From positions 69,070,001-69,134,000 of the forward strand of contig NC_087437.1 of assembly GCF_036321535.1 (NCBI RefSeq): a DNA stretch of 64,000 nt, in the 5' to 3' direction. This DNA is from Camelus dromedarius. Its lineage: Eukaryota. The first letter of the stretch is position 1. Every line of letters starts with the position of its first letter. Below the pieces are notes generated by a model. It was given only the letters and a program-made list of their open reading frames with translations, was not told the origin of the DNA and made no database searches. The translations under genes and the position numbers were made by a program. Below are positions 1 through 12,606 of this stretch, piece after piece.

Positions 1-111
1 GAGACAGATGCCTCAATACTCCCTCCTCTCTCCCATGAAGAATGGCTTTCTTTTTCATTGTTTCACTCCCTCTCAAAGAAGGACAGGTGGATCCAAAGAA
101 GACATTTGGCA

Positions 112-293
112 AGGGTTGCCAGGTTTAGCAAATAAAAATAGAAAATATCCAAATTTGAATTTTGGATAAATAATGGTATATTTTTAGTATAAGTATATTA
201 CATGCAATACTTGGGACATATGCTAAAAAATTATCTGTTGTTCATCTGGAATTCAGTTTTAACTGGATGGCCTTATTTTATCTGGCAATCCCA
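112..293 (+). mobile_element. MER53-like palindromic hAT non-autonomous DNA transposon (MITE)
   Basis: Terminal inverted repeats agggttgccag...ctggcaatccc. The internal near-palindrome (ttttagtataagta...ttgggacata...ctaaaaaatta) matches the MER53 consensus as I recall it. Confidence 0.85.
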
Positions 294-329
294 TATATGA
301 TGAGTGAAAAGAGAATAGGTCTTGTTATT

Positions 330-510
330 TAGCAGAAGAGGTATTCAAATCTCACCTCTGCTACTTAGCAGATGGGTGCCATTGGAAATTTACTTGAGTC
401 TCTGAGCCTGTTTCTTCCTTTGAACAGAGAGAACAGTACTAAACTATCACAAGGTTGGGGAGAAGATTAAGTAAGCTAATAATATGAATTATGTGTAAAA
501 TGCCTGCTAA
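330..510 (+). mobile_element. MIR SINE fragment
   Basis: ttcaaatctcacctctgctacttagc...tctctgagcctgtttc...aagattaagtaagctaat: MIR B-box and core pattern. Confidence 0.7.
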
Positions 511-985
511 TGGAAGGATGTCAGTAAATAATGGCTCCATCTGGGGCATCATGGTACTCAGGGGGTTCTGTATAAACTGATAACAATTATTTATGACGGA
601 CCTTAATTTCTCACTTTCTGAAAGGGTTTTCATTATCTAGATGCAGGATCAGTATCTAATTTTCATGTACATTTTAATATATTTTTAATCTCTGAAGAAT
701 TTAGTAGGGTTTTTTATGAAAACTATTTCAAAATCTGACTGAAAGCAGTCACACCCTACACTCCTTTGCAAATTCATCCTTTAAAAATTTACTTGTTGTA
801 TGGCTATGCTTGAGTCCCAAAGCCGTGCAGCCACTCTGCCGATTACCACTCTCCCTTTGTATCCCACCAGGGCATGTGACTTCTGCAGTACTGCACCTCC
901 CTGCCAGTGAATCTCAGCCTCTGTGTCTCTCTGTCTCTGTTTATCCCCCTTTCCCTCTTTCTTTCTCATACAAACTCTCTTCTGC

Positions 986-1045
986 CACACACACACACAC
1001 ATACTCACCTGCCCTTGCCTGGAAAAAAAAAAAAAGAAAAAAAAG
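986..1045. repeat. (CA)n microsatellite and nearby poly(A) tract
   Basis: cacacacacacacaca at about 986-1001 and an A-run at about 1023-1045. Confidence 0.9.
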
Positions 1046-2789
1046 GAGCCCATTTGTCTGTCTCAAAGAGAACAGGGGAGGTGTTCCAGAGATTTTTTTA
1101 AAAATGTATTTTCTATTTAAAGAGGAGAGAGAGAAAGGAAGAAGAGAGATAACCCCCATGAAAGTCAAACTATCTATTTATTTAGTTATGTGTTTTGGGT
1201 TGCATTTTGCATTAATCGCCACCACACACAGGAGCCCTGCAATTTATTATTGGTGATAAGTGTGGACAGTAGCTATTATTTTTTCTCCCTGTTCTAAAAT
1301 GTGGCATAGTGGGACACAGAGATTTATGGAACATGCATTATTCAAAACTCCAGTTCTAGGATGGCTCAGCAGGAAGACTCCCAGCTATTTCCACAACCTT
1401 TTTTCAAAATTCTTCCTCACTTGCTTGCTTCATTTCCCTATCAGGGTGTTAGAAATCACTCAGAACTCAGAAGTGGGAGAATTCATCATGGATATCTTAT
1501 CAGTACAGTATCTTTCACAAATGGGAATGACTAGGAAACCCCTATTCTACAAAATCCACTGAAAAGCCCTGGAGGAAGAAAGTAGATTTTCATTGGAAGT
1601 AATAATATGAGCACCAGTTCACTAGCAAATTCCTTAGGTGTTAAAGACCCAAATGATACAGTCCTTTTTTTTTCCCTCCCAAACTTGAGTGTGCTAGTAA
1701 CCAGAAATTTTCATCATCAATCACTTAAAGGTGTTTTTTTTTCACTCACTATCCTGCTGCTTCATACATGGGCAAGATGCTTAAAAGGAAGAAAAATAAA
1801 TTAGAAACCCAAGAAAGGTATATAATAAAAAAAATTTAGAAAATAAAGTATATATATATATATAATATACTGTATTTATTAACACTGATATAGTAATGTG
1901 AATGAACTTGCAAATATACACCATTTGGAATTGTCAGAGTACAATACTTATAATTGCTACTAGTAGTAATCACCTTTGTATGTGTGTAACTTATGAAAGG
2001 TTCTATATAAATTTGAATTAAGCATAATTAAAAGATAGCTTGTTGTGGATAAGAAATCCATCTGAAAATGGCTGTAGCTAATATGAGAAGTGTAAGCTCT
2101 CACAAGAATGAGTTGGGGCACCCACCAATTGGTGAAGTCTGAAAATGGCATTTGAAGTCATGGTGACCCACAATGAATCAACAGGATAATGTAATCCTTG
2201 GATATATACAATACAGAAGAGAGAGCTAATATAGAGGTGTGGTTAGAAGCCTTTTCTCAAGATAGCTGCCATATCATTCTGATTCTATTTGAGAATTATT
2301 TCTCTAGCTTTCAAGAGGTTTGTTCTCTGCCTGACTTTGCTCAGATTTGTGAGACTATGAATTTCTTAAGGGCTGGTACCATTTATCACATTCTGTGGTG
2401 CCTCAGTGCTTAACTTTGTGCCATCATCCAACTTGTTTTTGTGTCTAATAACCATTTACAGACACCTATTATATTTCAGCCACCATGAGATAGTTAGATA
2501 TCTAATTCCAAGGTCTCAGTGAATTCTTATATTACCCTGAAGAAGTTTTTTATTAATATCCTCTTTATTACAGGCACTTAAAGGTAGGGGAAAGCTTGGT
2601 TGCCAAATTCTAAGGAATTTCTCAATATTGAGATGAGAGCGAAGCTTTGGTTCACTGAAACCAGAAATTACGTGAGAGTCAAGGCATGCTTTACAATTCT
2701 CTCAGCTAGGGACCCTCCCAGCAATGAAATGGGTTCAGATTGGATCTAGGTTCTTCCATGTGACCTGGCCTTCTTCCCAGGCCCATTTC

Positions 2790-3000
2790 GCTATAGCATA
2801 ATGGTTAAAGACTGGGACTGGACTGCTTGCAGTTGAATCCCAGTTATGTCATTTACTAGAATATGGCCTTGAGCAAGTTACTCAGGTGTAGGGAGTGGAG
2901 CCATATCATTGGTTTGTGTGAGGATTAAATGTGTGAATAACGATGAAGTACTTAAAACAGTGCCTGGCATGTAATGAATACTGTGTAAGTGTTACCTTTT
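2790..3000 (+). mobile_element. MIR SINE
   Basis: tatagcataatggttaaaga...gttgaatcccag...ccttgagcaagttact...tgtgaggattaaatg...aacagtgcctggcatgta. Confidence 0.85.
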
Positions 3001-4459
3001 AATTACCTGTACCCTTGTGTCCTGGGCAAATGGAGACATCAAGATTTTCTCTATTGGGAATAAACAGGGGTGGTTAGACAAGCGCTCTGTTAGGTTGGGA
3101 TGGAAAGGTAATATATAAACTTATCTCTCCCCTGCTGTCTCCTCAGGTCAGTTCACAATTTTCTAGGGAAAACAGGGATGACAATTCAGGCCATTTGAAT
3201 ATGTTATGATTCTAATTGGAGAGAATGAGAACATGCTACCAGTCAGACATAAAACTGAATCCAAGGTGACCTCTTAAGTGGCGATCTTCTGAGAAGATCC
3301 TCTTCCCAAGAACTATTTTGTCCTCCTCTGACTAATCACACTGTGGAATATTCTGCTCACCAAGATCTCTTTGAAACAGATCTTTTTCTTTCTTTCCTTG
3401 GTTACTTGATTCTTGTGTATATATGAATGGGTGGTTCAGGAAAAGTATTAGCAGAGAAAGGGAGGAAACAGGACAATTAAAAGTGTTCCGAAAAAGTCAT
3501 CTCAATTGTTCCACGTTTGTGTTACAATTCCAGGTGTGACTAAGACCTCTGAGGTAAAACTGGGTTAAGGAAGGTGGTAAATACAGTGGGTTAAAAGAAC
3601 CTGTTTACAAAATCTCATGAAAACTTATTGTCTGGCCTGTGCACTATTTAAGAATAAGCTTAATTTAACACTAAAGCATAAATGATTTCTCAGTTATTGA
3701 GGAAAAAAAGAATAGCCTGGATAAAAGCAGTATTTTAAAATACTTATTTTCCTGCTTATACTAATAATACATGTGCATTGATGTATATGCAAAATATATA
3801 TCTAATTTCAACACCCAGATAGAATCAGTTTTAACATTATGGTATATAGTTTCTCATCTTTTATCTTTGCATATATGACTCAATGCTATTAATACTATTT
3901 AACAATCACTGTGTCAATAAAAATTAATATATAAACTTGTAAGTGCAACGTTTTTAGATTCCACTTTATTTTCTAACCATATTCAATTGCATATATTACA
4001 AATCTGTTTACCAAGGAATACCAGCCATGGTGCAAAATTTTGATTATGCAGATAATTGGGTTCCTCTGCTCTCTCAGGTGTGATCTTTTATTTGATACTA
4101 CTGCCAGCAAGGGAATGATGCTTCACTCTGCATCATGACTTGACGGGGCAAGCCCCATCAAACTGCCCCAGTGATACTTCTATCTATCTGATAGTCACTG
4201 GGTGACTGGGGTTGAAGAGTTTGGAGAGTTCTGTTTACCATCAATTATATCGTCAATGCCACTTAATTCACTTTGAGCTTCTGCTCACCTAACAAAAATT
4301 ACAGTAAAAATATTCTAGCCCTTAATATAATATTTGATATTTTAGAAATACAGTAAACACATTTATTATTGACTCAATCATAAGCATCACTTATTGGAAA
4401 GCTAGATTTGAGTAGATGGTACCTGTTCTTTCAGTTTAGACATGAAGAGGTACAGCGGG

Positions 4460-4595
4460 ACAGTAAGCACTAAGATCTGTTGCTAGGTTTCTTGGACTAA
4501 AATTCTTGCTCTGCTGTTTAAGCTCTGAATACTTCTTTGTCTCAGTTTCCTTATCTATATTCAACAGGGATGGTGAAATACTCTCACATGGGGCT
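4460..4595 (+). mobile_element. MIR SINE fragment
   Basis: Core motif tctttgtctcagtttccttatctata...gggatggtgaaatac. Confidence 0.55.
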
Positions 4596-5979
4596 TCCAC
4601 TCGTCCCCAGTGGACCAGACTCTCACCAGTCCCATCTAGCCCCTTCTGCTTCTTTCTGTTGCTGAGATGTTGCCCATTGCCCCTTATAATAGTGTTTGAA
4701 ACACCAGGTCAGTGCCTACAGAAGCTCACATTGTTCCTTTTCTCCTGTTCTCTCCTTCCTTGGCTTTTCCAAAGCCCAAGTCCTTCAGAGATGGGCAGAT
4801 GAGCATCGAATACTTGCCCACTAGGATACTAGGCACCTCCAGGAGTTCTGTTGATCCCATCAGCAGCTGGCTGGCTGGAGGGCAGGAAGGATTAATAAGC
4901 AACAGTGTGGTGCCCTGGAAGTGCACACCTACGGCCCCTGGGCTGGGCTCTAGTGGTTCTTGAGAGGTATGGCGTTTGAGAACCTCAGAACAGTGGTTAT
5001 TTACCCACCTATATGGAAGTGACTGAATATTCTAATAGCCTCTAAGACTGTTGGTGTACTTGCTGAATAGAAACCCTGTACATGTATATTTAAGCTCCCA
5101 TGCCTCTATTAATATTTAACACTATGTAGTAAATCTTTTATAAACAGCCATCTTATTTAAAGTGATAAAGCGGCCAAAAAAAATTTTAGGCCTTCTCTAA
5201 TTTCCTCAGTCTTTTCCTTCCTCTTCAAAGCTGTGGATTTGGTCTTTTGAATTCTGGTGTCAAAGGAGTAAGTCATCAGATCATTTTGGGAAAAAAAGGT
5301 TAGTTTTTTTTTTTTTTTTCCAATTCTCAACTTTATCAAGCACACTCTTTTTTGAGACATGAAGCTTTATTAGAAATGAATCTCCACTTGAAGGAAAGTT
5401 TGAACTGATATTACAGAAAACACCATAATAACCAAAAGAGAACAGCAAACCCAGAAGAAAAGATGCTGTAAGTGTCGGGCTTTTCACAGTTCCCTCAGTT
5501 TATATTTGTTTTAAATAGGAAGATATTGTCAGAGCCTGGACTTAACGATATGCAAATGTTGTCCTATATCATTCATTTGCTTTCTACTTATAGGTCATGA
5601 ATATGGATGCCATTTACCCTGCAATTAAAATATAGTCCAATAATTTATACCTGAATTCAATAACAGCCTTAAAAAAGTTCTCCACTAAGACTTTACAAAG
5701 TAACTGAGTTACTTAGCTCTTGTTCTCATGACGAGTAATAATACTGACAAAGGTTCAGCTGACCAGTCATCCAACCCTCTCGCTATTGCATAGAGACACT
5801 GCTAGAGGTTTCTTTCCATGTTTCATCCTCCTTAACCCTACTTTGATTATACAACATGGTGAATATCTCTTCTACTTCTATACTCAAAAAAAGTACAAAT
5901 GTTTTTAATATAATTCTATGCCACATTTACCATACTTCTGTATTAATACTTATCACCATTTTGAAACTTATTTTTCCAT

Positions 5980-6120
5980 TTCTCTCTTCCACTAATATGT
6001 GTGGTTCTAGAGAACAGGTATTTGTCCATTTCTTCTTGTCATCTCTATGGTTAGCATGGTGGCTTACGGATAGCAAGTATTTCAAATGAGTTGGTGTACG
6101 AGTGAACAAGCTAGGAATGG
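5980..6120 (+). mobile_element. L2 3' end fragment
   Basis: ccactaatatgt...ctagagaacagg...ttagcatggtggcttacggatagcaagtattt resembles the L2 3' terminus. Confidence 0.5.
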
Positions 6121-6964
6121 AATATAACAAGTGATGCCACAGTGGATAAAATTGTTATCTCAGTGCTTTTGAATGGTAGTTAAAAGAAGATATGAGGGGT
6201 GCACTTAGGTGGAAGAATATAATAGTGTCTTTAATCATGTTTGCTTCAAAGTGTGAGAGATGTGCTCTAAATACCTGCAACTCCCTCTTCAAAACACTTA
6301 TGAACCTGTCATTCGTTATTTATCTAAACTAGTCTCCATCCTCTATCTCCTAGGGAAATAAGTTGGAATGTTTACTACCCCTTCTGTAAGGTAGCGCTTC
6401 CTTTAACTAGTTCAAAAACAAACTACGTCAAGCCCCAAAGAGGAGGCTTTATTTTATCATAATGGGATTTTGTGGGTAAGGTCACTTTCATCCAGTTCCT
6501 GACTTTCACTGGTTTGGGGCTCAGATCCCTCCTACCTTATCTTGGCTGCATGAAAAGTTCTTAGAGTTGGGTCTGCCATGACAATGCGCGTATCAGTACT
6601 TGCTGCCATCCTCTGGACAATTTTAACCATTCAGGTCCATGTTTCATTTCTTGAGAAAAGATGACAGAATTAAGTATGCCATTTTAAGTGAGAAAAAAAG
6701 TATGACTGTGTTATATATAAAATTATGATTTGGATTTTATTTCTATTCTCTTCCTAATGAAGATCATTCTCCTGCTGCTTACGTTTTTATCCTACAGACA
6801 CACTAGTTCAGATTTTTCAAGGATGAATCAGGACAAATTCCCACATCCCTTTCTAGATTGTACTTGTTAGGCTTACACTTAATGAAAGGCCTGTACTGTC
6901 CTTCTGAACATTTTTTTCCTAAAGGTATTTGAACATGGTCAGGAAGAAGTTATTTATCAGCAAC

Positions 6965-6968
<4 letters not shown>

Positions 6969-7003
<35 letters not shown>
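6969..7003. repeat. (TG)n microsatellite, ~17 units
   Basis: Uninterrupted tgtgtg run. Confidence 0.97.
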
Positions 7004-7008
<5 letters not shown>

Positions 7009-7559
7009 CAATACACAGTCTTTAAGATCTTTCTGCATTTTAATATACCCTTAAGAGCTCAGGGATACCTGTAAACCTGAAATTTCACTGTTCACCCTGT
7101 ATTCCAGAACTTATAATAACAGTAGTTAAATTGGGACACAACAAAGCTATCTGGGTAAGTCCACTGTATTTTTTTGTCAAATGTGTAATTGGTTTATTTT
7201 CTATCTTTATTTTACCTACATATGCCTCCTTTCATCATTATTCTATTTTTTGTCATTGTTGTTGGTTAACAAATTTCAGTCAACTAACAAGAGGCTTTAA
7301 GAAAATTATATAAATAATTGTTACTGATTTTTCTTTTGTCATATGATTATTTACCTTCTTTTGAAAATGCTAGCTAATTAATGAACACATGCCTTCGGAA
7401 GGTTTTACTTATTTAGTGATCCTACACTTCAATAGATATTACATTTGGAATATGTCTTTAGTTTGCTCTCTCTTTTTAAAATCAGAACTAGAAGGGGTAT
7501 TTTATAATGAAAAGCAATAATCTGAACCGTAGCAAGAAAATAATTTAAAGTAATAATAA

Positions 7560-7780
7560 TAATAGTAACAATGTAATAACAACAGCTACCATCTATGTGT
7601 TTTTCCCATGTGCCCATTATTTAAAGTGTTTTCTAAGCACTTTAAATCTATTAAATTTTTTGATCCTCTCAGCAACCTTCACAGAAGCCCAGAAAGGTTG
7701 AATAACTTGCCTAAGGTCTCATCAGGATTCAAATCCAGAGCACCTAGTTTTAGATCCTGGGCTTTTAATCATTTAGTGAC
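7560..7780 (-). mobile_element. MIR SINE (reverse)
   Basis: ttctaagcactttaa...gatcctctcagcaacc...cagaaaggttgaataacttgcctaaggtc...ggattcaaatccag. Confidence 0.8.
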
Positions 7781-7829
7781 CCCTATGCTCAGCTCACTTT
7801 CTTGTGACATAGTTGAGAATATATTCTTT

Positions 7830-8465
7830 TTTTTTTTTAATTAAAGTACAGTCAGTTACACTGTGTTAATAACTTCTGATGTACAGCACAATGTCCCAGG
7901 CATGCATATACATACATATATTTGTTTTCATATTATTTTTCACTAAAGGTTATTACAAGATATTGAATATAGTTCCCTGTGCTATACAAGAGAAACTTGT
8001 TGTTTTATCTATTTTATATATGCTAGTTAATATTTGCATATCTCAAACTTTCATTTTACCCCTTCCCACCCTCTTCCTCCCAGTAAACATAATATTGCTT
8101 ACTATGTCTGCTAGTCTGTTTTGTAGATGAGTTCATTAGTGTCCACTTTTTTTCCTTTTTCAGATTCCTCATATGAGTGATATCATATGGTATTTTTCTT
8201 TCTCTTTCTAACTTACTTCGCTTAGAATGACATTCTCCAGTTTCATCCATGTTGCTGCAAATGGCATTATTTTATTATTGTTTATGGCCAAGTAGTAGTC
8301 CACTGTATATATATACCACAGCTTCTTTATCCAATCATCTGTTGATGGACATTTAGGTTGTTTCCATGTCTTGACTATTGTAAATAGTGCTGCTATGAAC
8401 ATTGGGGTTCATGTGTCTTTTCAAATTAGAGTTCCAGCAATCCCACTCCTGGGCATATATCCAGA
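7830..8465 (-). mobile_element. 5'-truncated L1 (ORF2 C-terminus, 3'UTR, polyA) with a short 5' inversion and 15-bp TSD
   Basis: ORF 8208-8402 is the L1 ORF2 C-terminus (MFIAALFTIVKTWKQPKCPS). Poly-T at the left end. TSD gagaatatattcttt (7815-7829) / gagaatgtattcttt (8466-8480). Segment 8434-8465 is inverted. Confidence 0.93.
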
Positions 8466-9029
8466 GAGAATGTATTCTTTATACTAATAGCTTTAAGTGA
8501 TATAAGAATTCATTTTTTTTCCCCACCGTGGGAGAAGTGAGTCACTTAATACTGTTTCTAACTTTGTTGCTAGATTTTTGAGTCCCAGATAATTGTTTCT
8601 ATGTGATAAATTTCTGAGGGCTCCATTTATAAAGTAGTTATCATCATGGAATAGTTAATAGTGATATTTACCGTAACAAATATTTGGGGTTTTTTTCAAT
8701 GAATAACACATGGCAAAACCTAAATACCTGAACATTAAGAATATTTTGTTTATGCCTTCTCTCGGGTCTCTGTAGTTGTTAATCTTGGATTTTTTTCTGA
8801 CCCTAATTCAGAGATGTCTATCAGGGTTTTTTGTATAGTAGATACTCAATAATTTTTTCAGGAATGAATGAATTCCATAAGTAACAGTATTTTTTTGCAT
8901 TATGTGAGTGATTTCACAGTTTAAGAAACCTACCTCTTTTTCCTCCTCAGATAACACGACAGTTGTTGCAACATTAATTGTATCATGTGTACACATTTAA
9001 CAAAAATTTTTAAAAGTCCTTTGTAATCA

Positions 9030-9210
9030 TTTAGGTGTAGATTCAAAGTGCATGCCTGCTAACTGCGTAATAATGGACAATTTCCACCAGACTCAGTTTC
9101 CTCATCTTCCATTCAAATTGTCATAGTAGCTACTTCAAAGAGCTGTTCTGAGCATTACATGAAATAATCCATGTAAAGTGCTCGCTACTCTACCCGCACA
9201 GTCAGCATGA
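9030..9210 (+). mobile_element. MIR SINE
   Basis: actcagtttcctcatct...ctacttcaaagagctgttctgagcattacatgaaataatccatgtaaagtgct. Confidence 0.8.
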
Positions 9211-10029
9211 CATTATACTCTATAAACCACTCTTCAGCAATAGTAACAGTAACTGCTTTTATAGTCACTTAATCTTTTCACTCACAGTCAGTATGCCCTT
9301 AAATACATACTGCTAGCAACTAAATCTGACTAGTGTTAACCTGAAATATTTTCTATCATATGGCATTTCATTGGTATATGTATCAGTTCATTGATCAGAA
9401 GCTTCTTACAGAGAATTCAGTCCTGAGCACCTTTACTTTATGATGTATGCATTTATTTGTGATTAAGAGTAGAAAATGGTAGATCACATACACTATGTGA
9501 GAAAATGTTTCCTTTGGTCTTGTGTTTTCCCATGAAGGATCTGTTGCCATCGAAGAGCTGTTCCCATTCAGTCCCACAGTGAGTTTGTGAACCCCATCAA
9601 TTCTGCCTTGCTCCTCTGAGACTGAAGGGCTGTCATCATCATTCTGATAGTTGCCTAATTACACATAATGCATGTCCAGTCTGCCAGTTTAAATGTGGAG
9701 AGCTGACATTCTGGCATGTTCATGTGTGTATTCCAGGCAGTCCTCTAAACCCTAAGAGCACCTCTCAGCACCCTATTGTGATCCATAAAGAGCTGTGAGT
9801 CAGAACCAGATGGGCAAAAAAAAAGTTAGGAGTGAGGGACAAAGGAGCAATTATACTGGGGGTCTTAGCTCTGATATGAATGCTTCAGGTTTTAGTAAAC
9901 TATAAGAAACACCTGGATAAAGATTTTTTTTTCCACTCCCAAAGATACCATTAATTTTGGGTCAAGATAATCATAAAGATGTTGTGGCAGTATTTGCCAC
10001 AAAGCACTGTAAGAATGGAACAGAAGCAA

Positions 10030-10270
10030 AAAGCAAACATTTGTTTGACTCCAATTAATGATCCAGATAATGAACAAGGTATTTGTATATACATTATCAC
10101 ATTTAAATCTCATAAAAGTTTTGCAAGGAAGGTTGCATTTGATCATTTTGGAGATGAGCGTTCTGGCCCAGAGGTGCTAAGTAGTTGGCCAAAGTTCATA
10201 TAGTTCAAATCTGAAAAAAAAATATTTATGGTTCTAAAGCCATTGAGTGTTTTTAATGTGCAACACTGCT
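10030..10270 (-). mobile_element. MIR SINE (reverse)
   Basis: tatacattatcacatttaaatctcata...cattttggagatgag...cagaggtgctaagtagttggccaaagttcatatag. Confidence 0.75.
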
Positions 10271-11219
10271 TCCACAGGAATTCTGTGGATGTCTGTCAAC
10301 ATTTATGGACATAATTAAAGTCATTAGGGAAGACACAGTGAGGAATTGTAAATTTCTATTATTTAGATGGTTCTAGGATCACAGCAGAATGACATTACCA
10401 TTGCACTCCTCCCAGTGCAGATAAGAGGGGCTTATCTGTGAGTCATGACGAAAGGGAAAGGAAATGGTTGAGCAGTGGATAGGAAAGAAACTTGGTCCAC
10501 TTGACCTTGTATTGAAAGTTCTCACCTTGAAGTTGTCCCAAGTCTGCCTGAGTAACGAGGGCTGTCATGAAAGAGACTGATAAAGACTGAATGTCTGACA
10601 CTGACAACAATAACATTTCATCATTGGTAAAAATGTTCCACAAGGGGCTGATAATATACCCAGGGATCATGCATGACTTATTCACATAATGGCAGTGGCT
10701 CCCATTCAGAATAGCTTCTGAAGACAATGGAGTATGGGCTGGCAAAGCGTTTCCACTTCATCAGCAAAGACACCTTTGTCCAGCAGAGAAGCTGATGAAG
10801 TAACAGTACTTGAATCCTTTCTTTTTGTGTGTGTGTCCAAAGGTGTTAGGATGAAAGTTCAAGGCAACTGAGTGTTCCTGTGTACTTTTCTGTGAAATAT
10901 GGAATTTGGTGGTTCTTCTACATATTGGTATATGAAATAGACTTAAAAAAAAAAAAAAGAAGCAACATGATAAAGGTCATTTTGTGTTCTAGAACTGACT
11001 GTGCAGAGGAGATCCACTCACATCTCAGGTCATGTATGGTATACTTTGAATATTAGCATAACCACTTGTGGATTCTGTAGAGTTCACAAGTGTGCAATGC
11101 AATGAACATTTTAGCTGAAGAGTTGCTTTACTTTAAATTTTGTGGAAGAGCCATAAAGGAGGACAGTGACTTAGCTGTCCAATGTACACCTAAACAATCA
11201 GACAATGATATGGAAAATT

Positions 11220-11835
11220 TTCTTCTAATATGGGGAGAAATGTAAAAATTGGTACAATCATTTTTAAAACAAATTAAATATACTTATTAAAATTTAAAAT
11301 AGATTTTCTTTGATTCAGCAATTCTTGTTATGTAACATTCACACAGAAATAGTCATAGAGGTATATGATGATACACACACATACATAAAGTACTCATTCC
11401 AGCATTCATCACAATAGCAAGAAATTATAAATAATCTCAATTAATAAAGGATTAATTAGATCAATTTTGGAATATGCATATAATAGGCTAGTATATACTT
11501 GATATAAAAAATAAGATGAATCTATATCCATATATGGACAAATCTCCAAGATGTACTGTTAAGTGAAAAGAAGCAAAGAAGAGAAGGTATAGTCTTATCT
11601 TACAAAATTTTTTAAAAAGGATAAAGTGTGTGTGGGGTGCGTATGTGTGTATACATTGTTTTACAAAAACAGAAAATTGCATTAAAAATGAAGAGATACA
11701 TACCAAATAATTAATGAAATTACAGGGGGTTTAAATTTTCCCTATCATATGTCTATATCATGTATTTATAATAAATAAATATATATGCATAACACATTCA
11801 TATAAACTATATATAACTTTCATAATCAGAAAAAA
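11220..11835 (+). mobile_element. Ancient L1M (L1ME-like) 3' fragment
   Basis: gagaaatgtaaaaattggtacaatc...gattcagcaattc...cagcattcatcacaatagcaa...atatggacaaatctccaagatgtactgttaagtgaaaa. Confidence 0.7.
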
Positions 11836-12606
11836 TAGATACGTATTTATGAAAACTATAGAGTAAATAAGGGAAAAAAAGGGAGAAACCCAGGCCTAGG
11901 GAAGCTTTTATAGCTACTACTTTTGGCAGAAGTACGTGGGTAATACCATTAGGGTCTCCAGTGTGTGCTAAAGACAACACCATAAAACCTCAGAAGCACA
12001 GGTCAGAAATGCCTAGGATTTATTTAGTTCCTTGACATTTCCCAGTTCTCCCTAAATAATTTTCTGAGTGTCTTCATATTTCTCTATCCTATTTCTGTGT
12101 TTCTTGCTGACTAGTGTTCCTACCTGGCTCTTAATGGATCAGAGGATAAGCAGAATAATCCCCTATAAGAAGAAAGTAAAACTCAGCAGTCAGAGAAGCC
12201 ACTTGAGGTTTTGATGCCTGTGGCCCAGAAGTTGAGAGAGGTAGAGGTTGATGTCACTACACATTTTAGATAAATTTTGAGGGGTAGTATTCTCATCAAT
12301 GTCTATTTATGAGTTGATGGATGGCCAGGGTTGTTAAAATAAATTTTTTACAATTGGTAAGAAAAAATGCAAATTTGTATGTATGATTCTTTTGAAGTCC
12401 AAGTGTCCCCTTGGAAACTTAAATTTGGCTTGTATTTTAAAATTGTTATAAAATATATACTTGATTTGTAAAAATGGAAATAATGCCACAGTATTTGGGC
12501 GTGCCTTGACAAAAATTTTTTGAGAGCATGAAACTTATTTAGAAAATGGCACAAGTGTATTTTAACTTCAGCAAAAAATTAATATTGATTCTGGACATTC
12601 ATATGG

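Noticed and set aside
781..1256. Overlapping ORFs up to 148 aa
   Set aside because: They translate CA/CT repeats and poly(A), and show no protein-family signal.
3121..3152. Plus-strand cctcag/gtcagt acceptor-donor fusion (similar ones at ~4077, ~36570 and ~47671)
   Set aside because: Each has a weak donor or a short pyrimidine tract and no nearby second donor that I could see. Such motifs are expected by chance in 64 kb.
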